NCBI GenBank assembly: GCA_000995965.1
Contig: LBYD01000002.1
Coordinates: 336,563 to 392,696 of the forward strand
DNA: 56,134 nt
Direction of reading: 5' to 3'
From: Candidatus Moranbacteria bacterium GW2011_GWC2_40_12
GTDB lineage: Bacteria; Patescibacteriota; Minisyncoccia; Moranbacterales; UBA11712
Position numbers and translations under genes: made by a program. Below the pieces are notes generated by a model. It was not told the origin of the DNA. It searched no databases and was given only the letters and a program-made list of their open reading frames with translations. Positions 46,379-54,709 of this stretch are shown here, piece by piece (the stretch's first letter is position 1; the number at the start of each line of letters is the position of its first letter).

Positions 46379-47953
46379 ATGTACGATATCTTGATAAAAA
46401 ACGGCACGGTTGTTGACGGAACAGGGAAAAAAGGCTTCATTGCCGATGTTGCTGTTTCTAAAAACAAAATCGCCAAAGTAGGAAAGATCAATTGGTCGAA
46501 AGGAAAGATTGAAATTGACGCCAAAGGAAAAATTGTTTCGCCGGGATTTATTGATATTCACAACCATTCAGACGGATATTGGCAAATTTTTCTCGAGCCC
46601 CAGCTCTCGAGCCTTGTTTTCCAGGGAATTACAACCATAATCGGGGGAAATTGCGGCGCTTCAATCGCTCCGCTCGCCGATATCAAAATCATAGAATCGA
46701 TTCAAAAATGGACGGATCTCAAAAAGGTGAATGTTGACTGGCTCACGATGAGCGAATTTTCCTCAAAAATGAAAACGAAGAGCCTAAGCCTCAACTTCGG
46801 AACTTTGATCGGCCACGGAACCTTGCGGCGGGGGATCATCCATGACGAAATGCGCCGGCTGGATCGAAAAGAATTCAGCGAAATAAAAAGGACTCTCGAA
46901 AATTCCCTGATCGAAGGGGCGCTTGGATTTTCGGCCGGGTTGGCATACAGCCATGAGAAAAAAGCCACCTGGGATGAACTGGTGGAATTTTCTGAAATCG
47001 TGAAATCCAGCGGACGGGTTTTTTCGATCCATTTGAGGGATGAAGCCAGTGGAATAATTTCCGCTCTTCAGGAGACGATCGATCTTGCCAAACAGACGGG
47101 AGTGAGTCTTGAAATTTCTCATCTAAAGGTGATGGGAGAGCAAAATTGGCCGCTGATGGAAAAAGTTTTAGATATGATCAAAAGCGCCGGGGAATCGGGC
47201 GTGGACGTGAATTTCGATGTTTATCCCTACACCCAGACCGGATCAGTCCTCTATGTTTATCTTCCGGACTGGGCAGCTGAGGGAGGAAGAAAAATGCTGA
47301 TTCGCCGCCTCAAAGAAAAAAATTCGCGGGGGAAAATAATCAAAGAGATGAAGGAAACAGCTCAATACCATTATGAAAACGCGATAATTGCCGCCTGCTC
47401 TTTCAGTAAATCGCTTGCGAAAAGAAAAATCTCTGAAATTGCCGCTGAGCGCGGGCTTTCTGTTGAAGAAGCAATTATTGACCTGCTTGTGGCAAGTGAA
47501 GGAAGAGTGATTACGCTAATGGAATGCTTGAGCGAAGATAATCTCAAGAAATTGCTCAAACATCCGCTCTCGATCATCGCGACTGACGGAGCGGGGTATG
47601 GCGTTTCCCACAAAGAAAGCGGTGAACTGGTTCATCCGAGATGCTTTGGCGCCTTTCCGCGGATTTTCGGAAAGTATGTCCGGGAAGAAAAAATTTTGAG
47701 TCTCGAAGACGCGGTCAGGAAAATAACCAGTCTTCCGGCCAGCAAATTCAAACTTGAAGGCCGGGGTATTTTGAAAAAAGGGAATATTGCGGATATCACG
47801 GTGTTTGATCAGGATATCATTTCAGACAAGGCGACGGTTGAAAATCCCTATCAGTATTCCGAAGGCGTGGAACAGGTGCTTGTAAACGGAAAGTTTGCAA
47901 TGCGGGACAGGAAATTGACGGGGGAAATGGGAGGGGAGTTTTTAACAGCCTAA
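46379..47953 (+). CDS. Amidohydrolase-superfamily N-acyl-D-amino-acid deacylase (D-aminoacylase)-like protein
   Basis: YDILIKNGTVVDGTG...GKIVSPGFIDIHNHSD, and a C-terminal beta-sandwich GNIADITVFD. Confidence 0.65.
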   Translation: MYDILIKNGTVVDGTGKKGFIADVAVSKNKIAKVGKINWSKGKIEIDAKGKIVSPGFIDIHNHSDGYWQIFLEPQLSSLVFQGITTIIGGNCGASIAPLADIKIIESIQKWTDLKKVNVDWLTMSEFSSKMKTKSLSLNFGTLIGHGTLRRGIIHDEMRRLDRKEFSEIKRTLENSLIEGALGFSAGLAYSHEKKATWDELVEFSEIVKSSGRVFSIHLRDEASGIISALQETIDLAKQTGVSLEISHLKVMGEQNWPLMEKVLDMIKSAGESGVDVNFDVYPYTQTGSVLYVYLPDWAAEGGRKMLIRRLKEKNSRGKIIKEMKETAQYHYENAIIAACSFSKSLAKRKISEIAAERGLSVEEAIIDLLVASEGRVITLMECLSEDNLKKLLKHPLSIIATDGAGYGVSHKESGELVHPRCFGAFPRIFGKYVREEKILSLEDAVRKITSLPASKFKLEGRGILKKGNIADITVFDQDIISDKATVENPYQYSEGVEQVLVNGKFAMRDRKLTGEMGGEFLTA

Positions 47954-47954
47954 A

Positions 47955-49355
47955 ATGAAAAAATCTGATTTTAAGAACAAAAAGGTGGCCGTAATGGGCA
48001 TCGGGCTTCACGGCGGGGGGGTTGCAACCGTCCGTTTTTTTGCAGCGGCGGGAGCAAAAGTGGTCGCTACGGACATGAAAACGGAAAAAGAGCTTGAACC
48101 GTCTCTTGAAAAATTGAAAGATCTCAAAAACGTCACATATGTTCTGGGTCAGCACCGGATGGAAAATTTTGAGAATGTCGATTTGGTTGTGAAGGGGCCG
48201 GCCATTCCCTGGAGCTCAAAACACGTCCAAGCGGCGCTCAAAAAGAAAATTCCGGTTGAAATGGATTCAAGTCTTTTTTTCAAGTTATGCAAGTTGCCAA
48301 TCATCGGGATAACGGGAACAAAAGGAAAGACAACCACGGCGACTCTCATTGCTGAAATTCTGAAAACGGCCGGAAAAAAAGTTTTTACGGCTGGCATTGG
48401 GCAGAAAGCGGTTTTAAGTGTGCTAAAAGAAATCGGCGAAGAAAAAAATGGGGCGGTTGTCTTCGAACTTTCCAGTTGGCGCTTGTCGGCTCTGGGTCGG
48501 TCTGGCTTGAGTCCGCATATTTCGGTGATAACGAACATCCATCGGGACCACTTGAATTACTATGGGACGATGGAAAAATATATCGCGGACAAAAAACATA
48601 TTTTTGCGAACCAAAAAGCGGACGATTATGTCATCCTGAATCATGACAATGAGGCTTCACGCGAACTTGCAAAGGAAGCGAAGTCTCAGGTCGTATTTTT
48701 TTCAAATGCAAAAATTGATTGCGCAAACTGTACTTTTATAGAGGGCGGAAAAATTATTTTTCGCTCCAATTCAGAAAGGGAAGAAATTTGCGACTTGAAC
48801 GATATCAAATTGCGCGGCGGGCACAACATTGGGAATATCCTGGCGGCCGTGGCGGCGACATCGGCTTTCGGCATTGTGCCGGAAAAAATACGCGAAGCCG
48901 TGAAAAATTTCAAAGGCGTTCCTCACCGCTTGGAATTTGTTCGGGAAATTGATGGCGTGAAATTCTATAACGATACGACCGCCACAATGCCCGACGCGGC
49001 GATTGCGGGTGTCAATTCTTTCTCGAAACCCGTCATTCTCATCGCCGGCGGAGCAGACAAAAATTTGGAATTTGAGGATTTCGCGAAAGTTATTTCAGAA
49101 AAAGTTAAAAAAGTCATTCTCCTGAAGGGCGAGGCAACGGAAAAGATAAAATCTAAACTGACCCTAGAGCCCGGCTCTAGGGTAAAAATCGATAGTGAGT
49201 TTGATTCAATGGAAAAGGCGGTTGTCCGCGCGAAGAATATCTCCGGCCCTGAAGACGTGGTTCTTCTTTCTCCTGGCGCGGCGAGTTTCGGCCTTTTTCT
49301 CAATGAATTCGACCGGGGGGAAAAATTCCGGGAAGCAATTCAAAAATTGAAATAA
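47955..49355 (+). CDS. murD: UDP-N-acetylmuramoylalanine--D-glutamate ligase
   Basis: VAVMGIGLHGGG and GITGTKGKTTT, with the Mur ligase middle and C-terminal domains. Confidence 0.9.
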   Translation: MKKSDFKNKKVAVMGIGLHGGGVATVRFFAAAGAKVVATDMKTEKELEPSLEKLKDLKNVTYVLGQHRMENFENVDLVVKGPAIPWSSKHVQAALKKKIPVEMDSSLFFKLCKLPIIGITGTKGKTTTATLIAEILKTAGKKVFTAGIGQKAVLSVLKEIGEEKNGAVVFELSSWRLSALGRSGLSPHISVITNIHRDHLNYYGTMEKYIADKKHIFANQKADDYVILNHDNEASRELAKEAKSQVVFFSNAKIDCANCTFIEGGKIIFRSNSEREEICDLNDIKLRGGHNIGNILAAVAATSAFGIVPEKIREAVKNFKGVPHRLEFVREIDGVKFYNDTTATMPDAAIAGVNSFSKPVILIAGGADKNLEFEDFAKVISEKVKKVILLKGEATEKIKSKLTLEPGSRVKIDSEFDSMEKAVVRAKNISGPEDVVLLSPGAASFGLFLNEFDRGEKFREAIQKLK

Positions 49356-49358
49356 TAA

Positions 49359-49862
49359 ATGGAAAATATAGATTTTACTGACGGCAACTTCCAATCTTCA
49401 AAAATAAAAAGTTACATAAAAATCTCTTTTTTTATCATTGCTGCGATATATTTGGTCTTTCATTATTTTATCTATTGGGATCCTGGAGAAAATTGCTATA
49501 TCAAGATTAAGCCGGCTTTTATGGAATTCAGCAATCTGGATATGAAACGGGCGTTGCACACCCTCAAATTTGCTTCTCCTGAAGATTACCAGGCCGTTTG
49601 CAAAAATGTCAGCACTATCGATCCGATGATCGGTTGCGGCGGTTTTGGCGGCGGATGCTATTACACGAAGAAAGATGCCCCACAATCTTCTTTGGGGAGC
49701 GAAATAATGGTAAGCACGTCAAAAGATGATCTCGTAACGACTATGGCAGTTATTGTGCATGAAGCTTGTCACGCGATTCAGAACAAAGAAGGCCGGCCGC
49801 TAAGTGAAACGGAGTGTTATCAAGCAGACGACATGCTTTTAAGGGAAATTATTATATTCTAG
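49359..49862 (+). CDS. Membrane-anchored hypothetical protein with an HExxH motif
   Basis: One TM segment. VHEACHAIQ is an HExxH motif. It is a paralogue of the next gene (shared C[YF][IV]KIK.P...LK...[DE]Y...C pattern). Confidence 0.5.
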   Translation: MENIDFTDGNFQSSKIKSYIKISFFIIAAIYLVFHYFIYWDPGENCYIKIKPAFMEFSNLDMKRALHTLKFASPEDYQAVCKNVSTIDPMIGCGGFGGGCYYTKKDAPQSSLGSEIMVSTSKDDLVTTMAVIVHEACHAIQNKEGRPLSETECYQADDMLLREIIIF

Positions 49863-49865
49863 GCA

Positions 49866-50297
49866 ATGGACGGCAAGCTTAAAAAACATCTCGTGAAATT
49901 TGCGGTTGTTCTGACGATTTTTTTTATTTATTTGAATATTTCCTATTCGCATTTCAATGTTTTGGATTCCTGCTTTGTCAAGATAAAAGCGCCCGGCCTG
50001 AATAGCCGGAAAAGTGAAATCAAAGAAGCTATAAAATATCTCAAAAGCACCGACAAAGAAGCCTATAAAAATTTTTGCCGGCAGACTGATTCTATAATTG
50101 AAACCAGTTGCATGGGTTCGGACTGGCATTTGGACGGAAAAGTGAGGGGACAGGATTCGCCCGGGTGCTACATCAAAGGATCGAAGACGATCTACCTCAA
50201 TCCGCTCATTTTGAAATCTTTTTCAGCGGACAAAATTGCGGGACTTTTGAAAGATTATTCACGGATGGGCAGGGATTTTTGGGATAGCGGTTTGTGA
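49866..50297 (+). CDS. Membrane-anchored hypothetical protein, a paralogue lacking HExxH
   Basis: One TM segment. CFVKIKAPGL...AIKYLKSTDKEAYKNFC. Confidence 0.5.
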   Translation: MDGKLKKHLVKFAVVLTIFFIYLNISYSHFNVLDSCFVKIKAPGLNSRKSEIKEAIKYLKSTDKEAYKNFCRQTDSIIETSCMGSDWHLDGKVRGQDSPGCYIKGSKTIYLNPLILKSFSADKIAGLLKDYSRMGRDFWDSGL

Positions 50298-50377
50298 GGA
50301 ACTAAAGAATTTAACCGGGGGAAAAGTTTCGGGAGGTAATGGGGAAGCGATAAACCACCGATTTACTAATTTTGCCC

Positions 50378-50408
50378 TTGACACGCTTTTCCAGCCTGCT
50401 ATTATAAT
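50378..50408 (+). promoter_or_regulatory. rRNA promoter candidate
   Basis: TTGACA at 50378-50383. TATTAT at 50400-50405 (16-nt spacer) overlaps TATAAT at 50403-50408. Confidence 0.6.
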
Positions 50409-50654
50409 ACATACCGTTAAAATTTAATCTCAAAAAGGCAAAGTCGATCATTTGAAGCACAACAAGGGTGAACCAAAATGAAAGACGCGACTGGAATAGT
50501 TTGTAATAGAAATATTACCGATTATTCTGGTCGTGTTTTCTTTGTCCCCGCCAGATTTATCCGCCTTGGGCGGAAGCGGGCAGGTAAAATAAAACACGGT
50601 GAACTTTGACAATTGAATCCCTGCTAATTTGCCAGCATATGAATTAGTAGGGAA

Positions 50655-50935
50655 AACCCCGACGCGAGGTCGGGGTAAACAATCGCAAGTTTTTGTGGTT
50701 GTCCTGGTCCCGACGCAAGTCGGGAAAAGTGCTAAGAGTCTATTCGCCTTTTTTCTCTCCGACCTTGCGTCGGAGCAAGAAAAAAGAGTGCCCCGACATC
50801 ACGTCGGGGCTCAACAAAAAGAAATTATTTTCTTTTATATCGCAATCAGTTAAACTTCTATCAAAAAGTTTGAGGATTGCGGGGTGAGTAAAGCAATCTT
50901 CGCGATGCCCGGTCATGCGACCGGGCTCAATAAGA
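50655..50935 (+). repeat. Five related hairpins (CCCGAC-loop-GTCGGG) in the 16S leader
   Basis: ccccgac-gcgag-gtcgggg, tcccgac-gcaa-gtcggga, ctccgac-cttgc-gtcggag, gccccgac-atcac-gtcggggc, gcccggtc-atgc-gaccgggc. Confidence 0.7.
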
Positions 50936-50957
50936 ATTCGCTTCACTCATTCTTTTT

Positions 50958-50997
<40 letters not shown>

Positions 50998-51257
50998 GAT
51001 AAGGCATGCAAGTCGAGGGCCGATTTTGATCGGCCCGGCAAACGGGTTAGTAACGCATAGGAACGTACCCTCGAGTCTCGAATAATCCCTCGAAAGGGGG
51101 AATAATGCGAGATAGTTCTCTTCGGAGTAAAGATTTATCGCTTGAGGAGCGGCCTGTGTCCTATCAGCTTGTTGGCGGGGTAAAGGCCCACCAAGGCTAT
51201 GACGGGTAGGGGATGTGAGAGCATGATCCCCAACATTGGGACTGAGACACTGCCCAA

Positions 51258-51288
<31 letters not shown>

Positions 51289-51332
51289 CGGCAATGGGCG
51301 AAAGCCTGACCGAGCGACGCCGCGTGGAGGAT

Positions 51333-51363
<31 letters not shown>

Positions 51364-51373
51364 AGGGAAGAAA

Positions 51374-51776
51374 CCGTGTTCAGCACGGAGAATCCAATTA
51401 CACTCCGCCTCATCGGCGGAAACTTTAGGAATTGTGTTGAGAAAAAATGTTTTGATCTTTTTTAGGGAGGAATAAACAATGGCCGCCCAAAGTCTTGAGA
51501 TTACGGCAAAAACAGAAGAGGCTTTAGAAAAAGAAGTCAACCATCGTGTCGAGTTTGCGCCCCAAATTGGCCGTCGGGTTACTGGTGTGCAGTTTATGAA
51601 AACACTGGCTGCCGATGGGAACCACAGGGCTATACTCACGATCGAAGGAGGATGTTGCTGCTAAAAAACAATTCCCCTAAATCGATTCAAGCGAGATTGC
51701 GAACCTGCTTTCTCGCAATCTCAACTCAATTCCTAAAAAGAAAAAAGTGTAATTGACGATTCCGTGTTGGATACGG
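51374..51776 (+). other. Roughly 400-nt insertion (expansion or intervening sequence) in the V3 helix of the 16S gene
   Basis: It lies between GCAAGGGAAGAAA and CTGACGGTACCTTGC. The flanks pair as gagaatccaattacac / gtgtaattgacgattc and ctttaggaattgtgttgaga / tctcaactcaattcctaaaaag. Confidence 0.8.
51479..51664 (+). CDS. Candidate 61-aa protein encoded inside the 16S V3 insertion
   Basis: GGGAGG at 51465-51470, 8 nt before the ATG. The sequence is MAAQSLEITAKTEEALEKEVNHRVEFAPQIGRRVTGVQFMKTLAADGNHRAILTIEGGCCC. No family recognised. Confidence 0.4.
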   Translation: MAAQSLEITAKTEEALEKEVNHRVEFAPQIGRRVTGVQFMKTLAADGNHRAILTIEGGCCC

Positions 51777-52187
51777 CTGACGGTACCTTGCGAATAAGAG
51801 GTTGCTAACTCTGTGCCAGCAGCAGCGGTAATACAGAGACCTCAAGCGTTATCCGGATTTATTGGGCGTAAAGCGTGTGTAGGTGGCGATGATAGTCAGA
51901 TGTCAAATTCCAGCGCTCAACGTTGGAGCTGCATCTGAAACGTCATCACTAGAGGCAAGTAGAGGCTCATGGAACATATGGTGTAGCAGTGAAATGCGTT
52001 GATATCATATGGAACGCCAAAGGAGAAGTCAGTGAGCTGGGCTTTGCCTGACACTGAGACACGAAAGCGTGGGTAGCGAACGGGATTAGATACCCCGGTA
52101 GTCCACGCCCTAAACGTTGCCAACTAGGTCTTGGAAGTATCGACCCTTTCAGGACCGTAGCTAACGCGTTAAGTTGGCCGCCTGGGA

Positions 52188-52219
<32 letters not shown>

Positions 52220-52341
52220 AGACGGGGACCCGCACAAGCGGTGGAGCACGCGGTTCAATTCGTCAACAAGCGAGGAACCTCACCAGGGCTTGAAATCCTA
52301 CTGCAAATCCCGAGAAATCGGGACTTCTTCGAGAGTGTAGG

Positions 52342-52372
<31 letters not shown>

Positions 52373-52599
52373 CCGTGAGGTGTTCCGTTAAGTCGGGAAA
52401 CGAGCGCAACCCCTGTCGAGTGTTACTTATGTCACTCGAGACTGCCCAGCCCAGAGTTTTCGAATCATCGAAAATTTCGGGCTGGGAGGAAGGTGGGGAT
52501 GACGTCAAATCAGCATGGCCCTCTGACGCCCTGGGCGACACGCATGCTACAATGGCCGGTACAATGGGTTGCCAAACCGCGAGGTGGAGCCAATCCCAT

Positions 52600-52647
<48 letters not shown>

Positions 52648-52798
52648 CCGGAATCGCTAGTAATCGTGAATCAGCCATGTCACGGTGAATACGTTCTCGG
52701 GTCTTGTACTCACCGCCCGTCACACCAAGAGAGTCGGTAATACCCAAAGTGCCACGCAAGTGGTCCTACGGTAGGATCGATAATAAGGGTGAAGTCGT

Positions 52799-53566
52799 AA
52801 ATTTGTTGCGACCTCAAAGAGCAATCTTTGAGAAAAACCTGACTATATGCTGGAAACCCTGTGTATCTTGTGCTACTCATGATAATATATTTATATGAGT
52901 GAAAAAGCTTCAAGTGCAGGCAATCAGCAGGGAAGAGCATCTTTCGCAAGAAAGGGAAAACTCCCCTCAGAGACTACACGTCAGGCGCCTTTCTCTGAAA
53001 AAGAAATAAAGGCTTATCTTTTAGGTGCATTGCACGATGCAACTTTCAGCAGCAATCGAAGATTTCGGTTTTCTCAAAAGGGAACCGGATGGTTGAAATT
53101 TCTTCAAATGCTGTTTAGAAGAATTGGTTATAAATCTTGGGTTTATAAGGAAGGTAAAACCAGATCCGTATATGTTCTTGAAACTTTAGCGAAATTCTTG
53201 GATTTTGAGTTTAATCCTTTGAATCTGAAGTCAAGACAAGAAAAGATCGGATACATTCGAGGTTTTTTCGATGCCGAAGGTGGCATTCCAAAAAACGGAA
53301 AAAGGTTTTACATTCAACTAGTGCAATCAAACAAGAAAAAACTTCAGCAAATCAAGAAAGTCTTGAAAAATCTGGAAATCGAAACAGGAAAAATACACAA
53401 TCCAAGCTACAGGGTGGATCCTAAATATTGGAGAATGTATGTCCCTGCAAATTACCAGAAAAAATTTGCTAAAGTGATAAATTCTTGGCATCCGAAAAAG
53501 ACAAAAGTATTCAGAGAGAGGATGATGATATAGTCCATGCCTTATAGCGATATAGGGAGAAACATG
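52799..53566 (+). mobile_element. Intron-like insertion (group I-like boundaries) in the 16S 3' domain, carrying a LAGLIDADG ORF
   Basis: It splits the universal GTCGTAACAAGG. With the boundary set as GTCGT|aaattt...acatg|AACAAGG, the 5' exon ends in U and the insert ends in G. Confidence 0.65.
52895..53533 (+). CDS. LAGLIDADG homing endonuclease (double motif)
   Basis: YLLGALHDATFS and IRGFFDAEGGIP motifs. 212 aa, located inside the 16S insertion. Confidence 0.85.
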   Translation: MSEKASSAGNQQGRASFARKGKLPSETTRQAPFSEKEIKAYLLGALHDATFSSNRRFRFSQKGTGWLKFLQMLFRRIGYKSWVYKEGKTRSVYVLETLAKFLDFEFNPLNLKSRQEKIGYIRGFFDAEGGIPKNGKRFYIQLVQSNKKKLQQIKKVLKNLEIETGKIHNPSYRVDPKYWRMYVPANYQKKFAKVINSWHPKKTKVFRERMMI

Positions 53567-53604
53567 AACAAGGCATCCGTAGCGGAAGCTGTGGATGGAT
53601 CACC

Positions 53605-53668
53605 TCCTTTCTAGGGAGATACGGTTGAGAACTCCGATTTATCGGAGTATAAAACCCATATGGTCGTT
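53605..53668 (+). repeat. Direct repeat copy 1 (last 8 nt of the 16S gene plus the start of the spacer)
   Basis: tcctttctagggagat-acggttgagaactccgatttatcggagtataaaacccatatggtcgtt. Weaker similarity continues to about 53764. Confidence 0.8.
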
Positions 53669-53769
53669 CGTCCCGATTTATCGGGATGACAAAATAGATT
53701 TTTTAGCTAGTATAAGGCTATTTATTTAGCTTTATGCACAGGGCAACCACAAAAGTTTGCAAAAAAAAG

Positions 53770-53792
53770 ACAGGGATAAAACCCTGTTTTTG
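53770..53792 (+). terminator. Intrinsic terminator downstream of the 16S gene
   Basis: acaggg-ataaaa-ccctgt followed by TTTTT. Confidence 0.65.
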
Positions 53793-53847
53793 CGTTATCA
53801 ACCAGGAAATGGGTCATTTCAAGGGAGATATTTAGAGTCTGCTCCGC

Positions 53848-53876
53848 TTGACATCAGGCTTCGTCTATCTTATCCT
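53848..53876 (+). promoter_or_regulatory. Candidate promoter of the two-gene cassette
   Basis: TTGACA, a 17-nt spacer, then TATCCT. Confidence 0.4.
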
Positions 53877-53930
53877 GCTTTGAAAGCTAAATAGCTTTTA
53901 TTTACCAACTATTTCAGGAGGTGAGGGCAA

Positions 53931-54146
53931 ATGAACCCCATACAAAAATTTTTATGGACTGTAGGCTTGTTGATTTTGGCTCTTATCCCAACCTGGTTTT
54001 TTCTGGGGTTTCGCAGCTTGCTCGCACCCTCAGGATTTTTCCAGAACCTCTTCGTTTTTGGGCTGGGTTTCTATTTCCTCGGTGTGATACAATTAATCCT
54101 GCTCATTATTTGGCTCATCTTTGCATTTCACATTTGCACTGATTAA
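53931..54146 (+). CDS. Small two-TM membrane protein (cassette gene 1)
   Basis: AGGAGG lies 7 nt upstream. The sequence is MNPIQKFLWTVGLLILALIPTWFFLGF...GLGFYFLGVIQLILLIIWLIFAF. Confidence 0.55.
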   Translation: MNPIQKFLWTVGLLILALIPTWFFLGFRSLLAPSGFFQNLFVFGLGFYFLGVIQLILLIIWLIFAFHICTD

Positions 54147-54167
54147 AGAAATGTCTCAGGAGGACAG

Positions 54168-54530
54168 ATGCCAGATAAAATCGTGACTGTGGAAAAGGAC
54201 GGTGAGACATATCTCATCAAAAATTTGGAACACAGACTGGAGCCGAAATTTTTGGCTCGTAATCCCAAAGACGGAGAATTGTTCCTGCTATTGGGGGATA
54301 ATGGAACTTATGCTCTTTTTAAGGGAACCGAAAAGAAAGGTCTAAGGATTTGCTCTCCTAAACACGTTCAGCTCTTTGGCGATTGCTTCGCCTTTATGTT
54401 CGAGCAGGACGGAAGAGTTGGAGAAATAACAGACCCTGACGACCTGGACAGCGGAAGGAAGCCCATTTTTAATGATTTCGGAAGGGGAATGAAAAAACTG
54501 GACGTTCTGCCGCATAAGGTGGTTAAGTAA
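54168..54530 (+). CDS. Hypothetical soluble 120-aa protein (cassette gene 2)
   Basis: AGGAGG lies 5 nt upstream. No motif recognised. Followed by the hairpin aaagcac...gtgcttt plus a T tract (54558-54596). Confidence 0.55.
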   Translation: MPDKIVTVEKDGETYLIKNLEHRLEPKFLARNPKDGELFLLLGDNGTYALFKGTEKKGLRICSPKHVQLFGDCFAFMFEQDGRVGEITDPDDLDSGRKPIFNDFGRGMKKLDVLPHKVVK

Positions 54531-54608
54531 TCTTGATTAACAGGGGGATGAAAACTTAAAGCACTGGGAGCCTCGGCTTTCGGTGCTTTTTCTTTTTCAG
54601 AAAGAATT

Positions 54609-54709
54609 TCCTTTCTAGGGAGATATTTATCCCGTAGTAAAGCATCAGCTTTTACTACTGGGACGGTTGAGAACTCCGATTTATCGGAGTATAAACCCAC
54701 ACGGTCGTT
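54609..54709 (+). repeat. Direct repeat copy 2 (contains an extra 38-nt hairpin)
   Basis: tcctttctagggagat[atttatcccgtagtaaagcatcagcttttactactggg]acggttgagaactccgatttatcggagtataaacccacacggtcgtt. Similarity continues to about 54748 (gcatcaggacaaccgcaaaaacttgtaa against gcacagggcaaccacaaaagtttgcaa). Confidence 0.8.

Noticed and set aside
50655-50810. Possible mini-CRISPR array formed by regularly spaced hairpin repeats upstream of the 16S gene
   Set aside because: The repeats are only about 17-19 nt long and are not identical. The stems are conserved but the loops differ, and the spacing is irregular (32, 32 and 16 nt). There are no cas genes in the window. They fit the dispersed hairpin-repeat family better.
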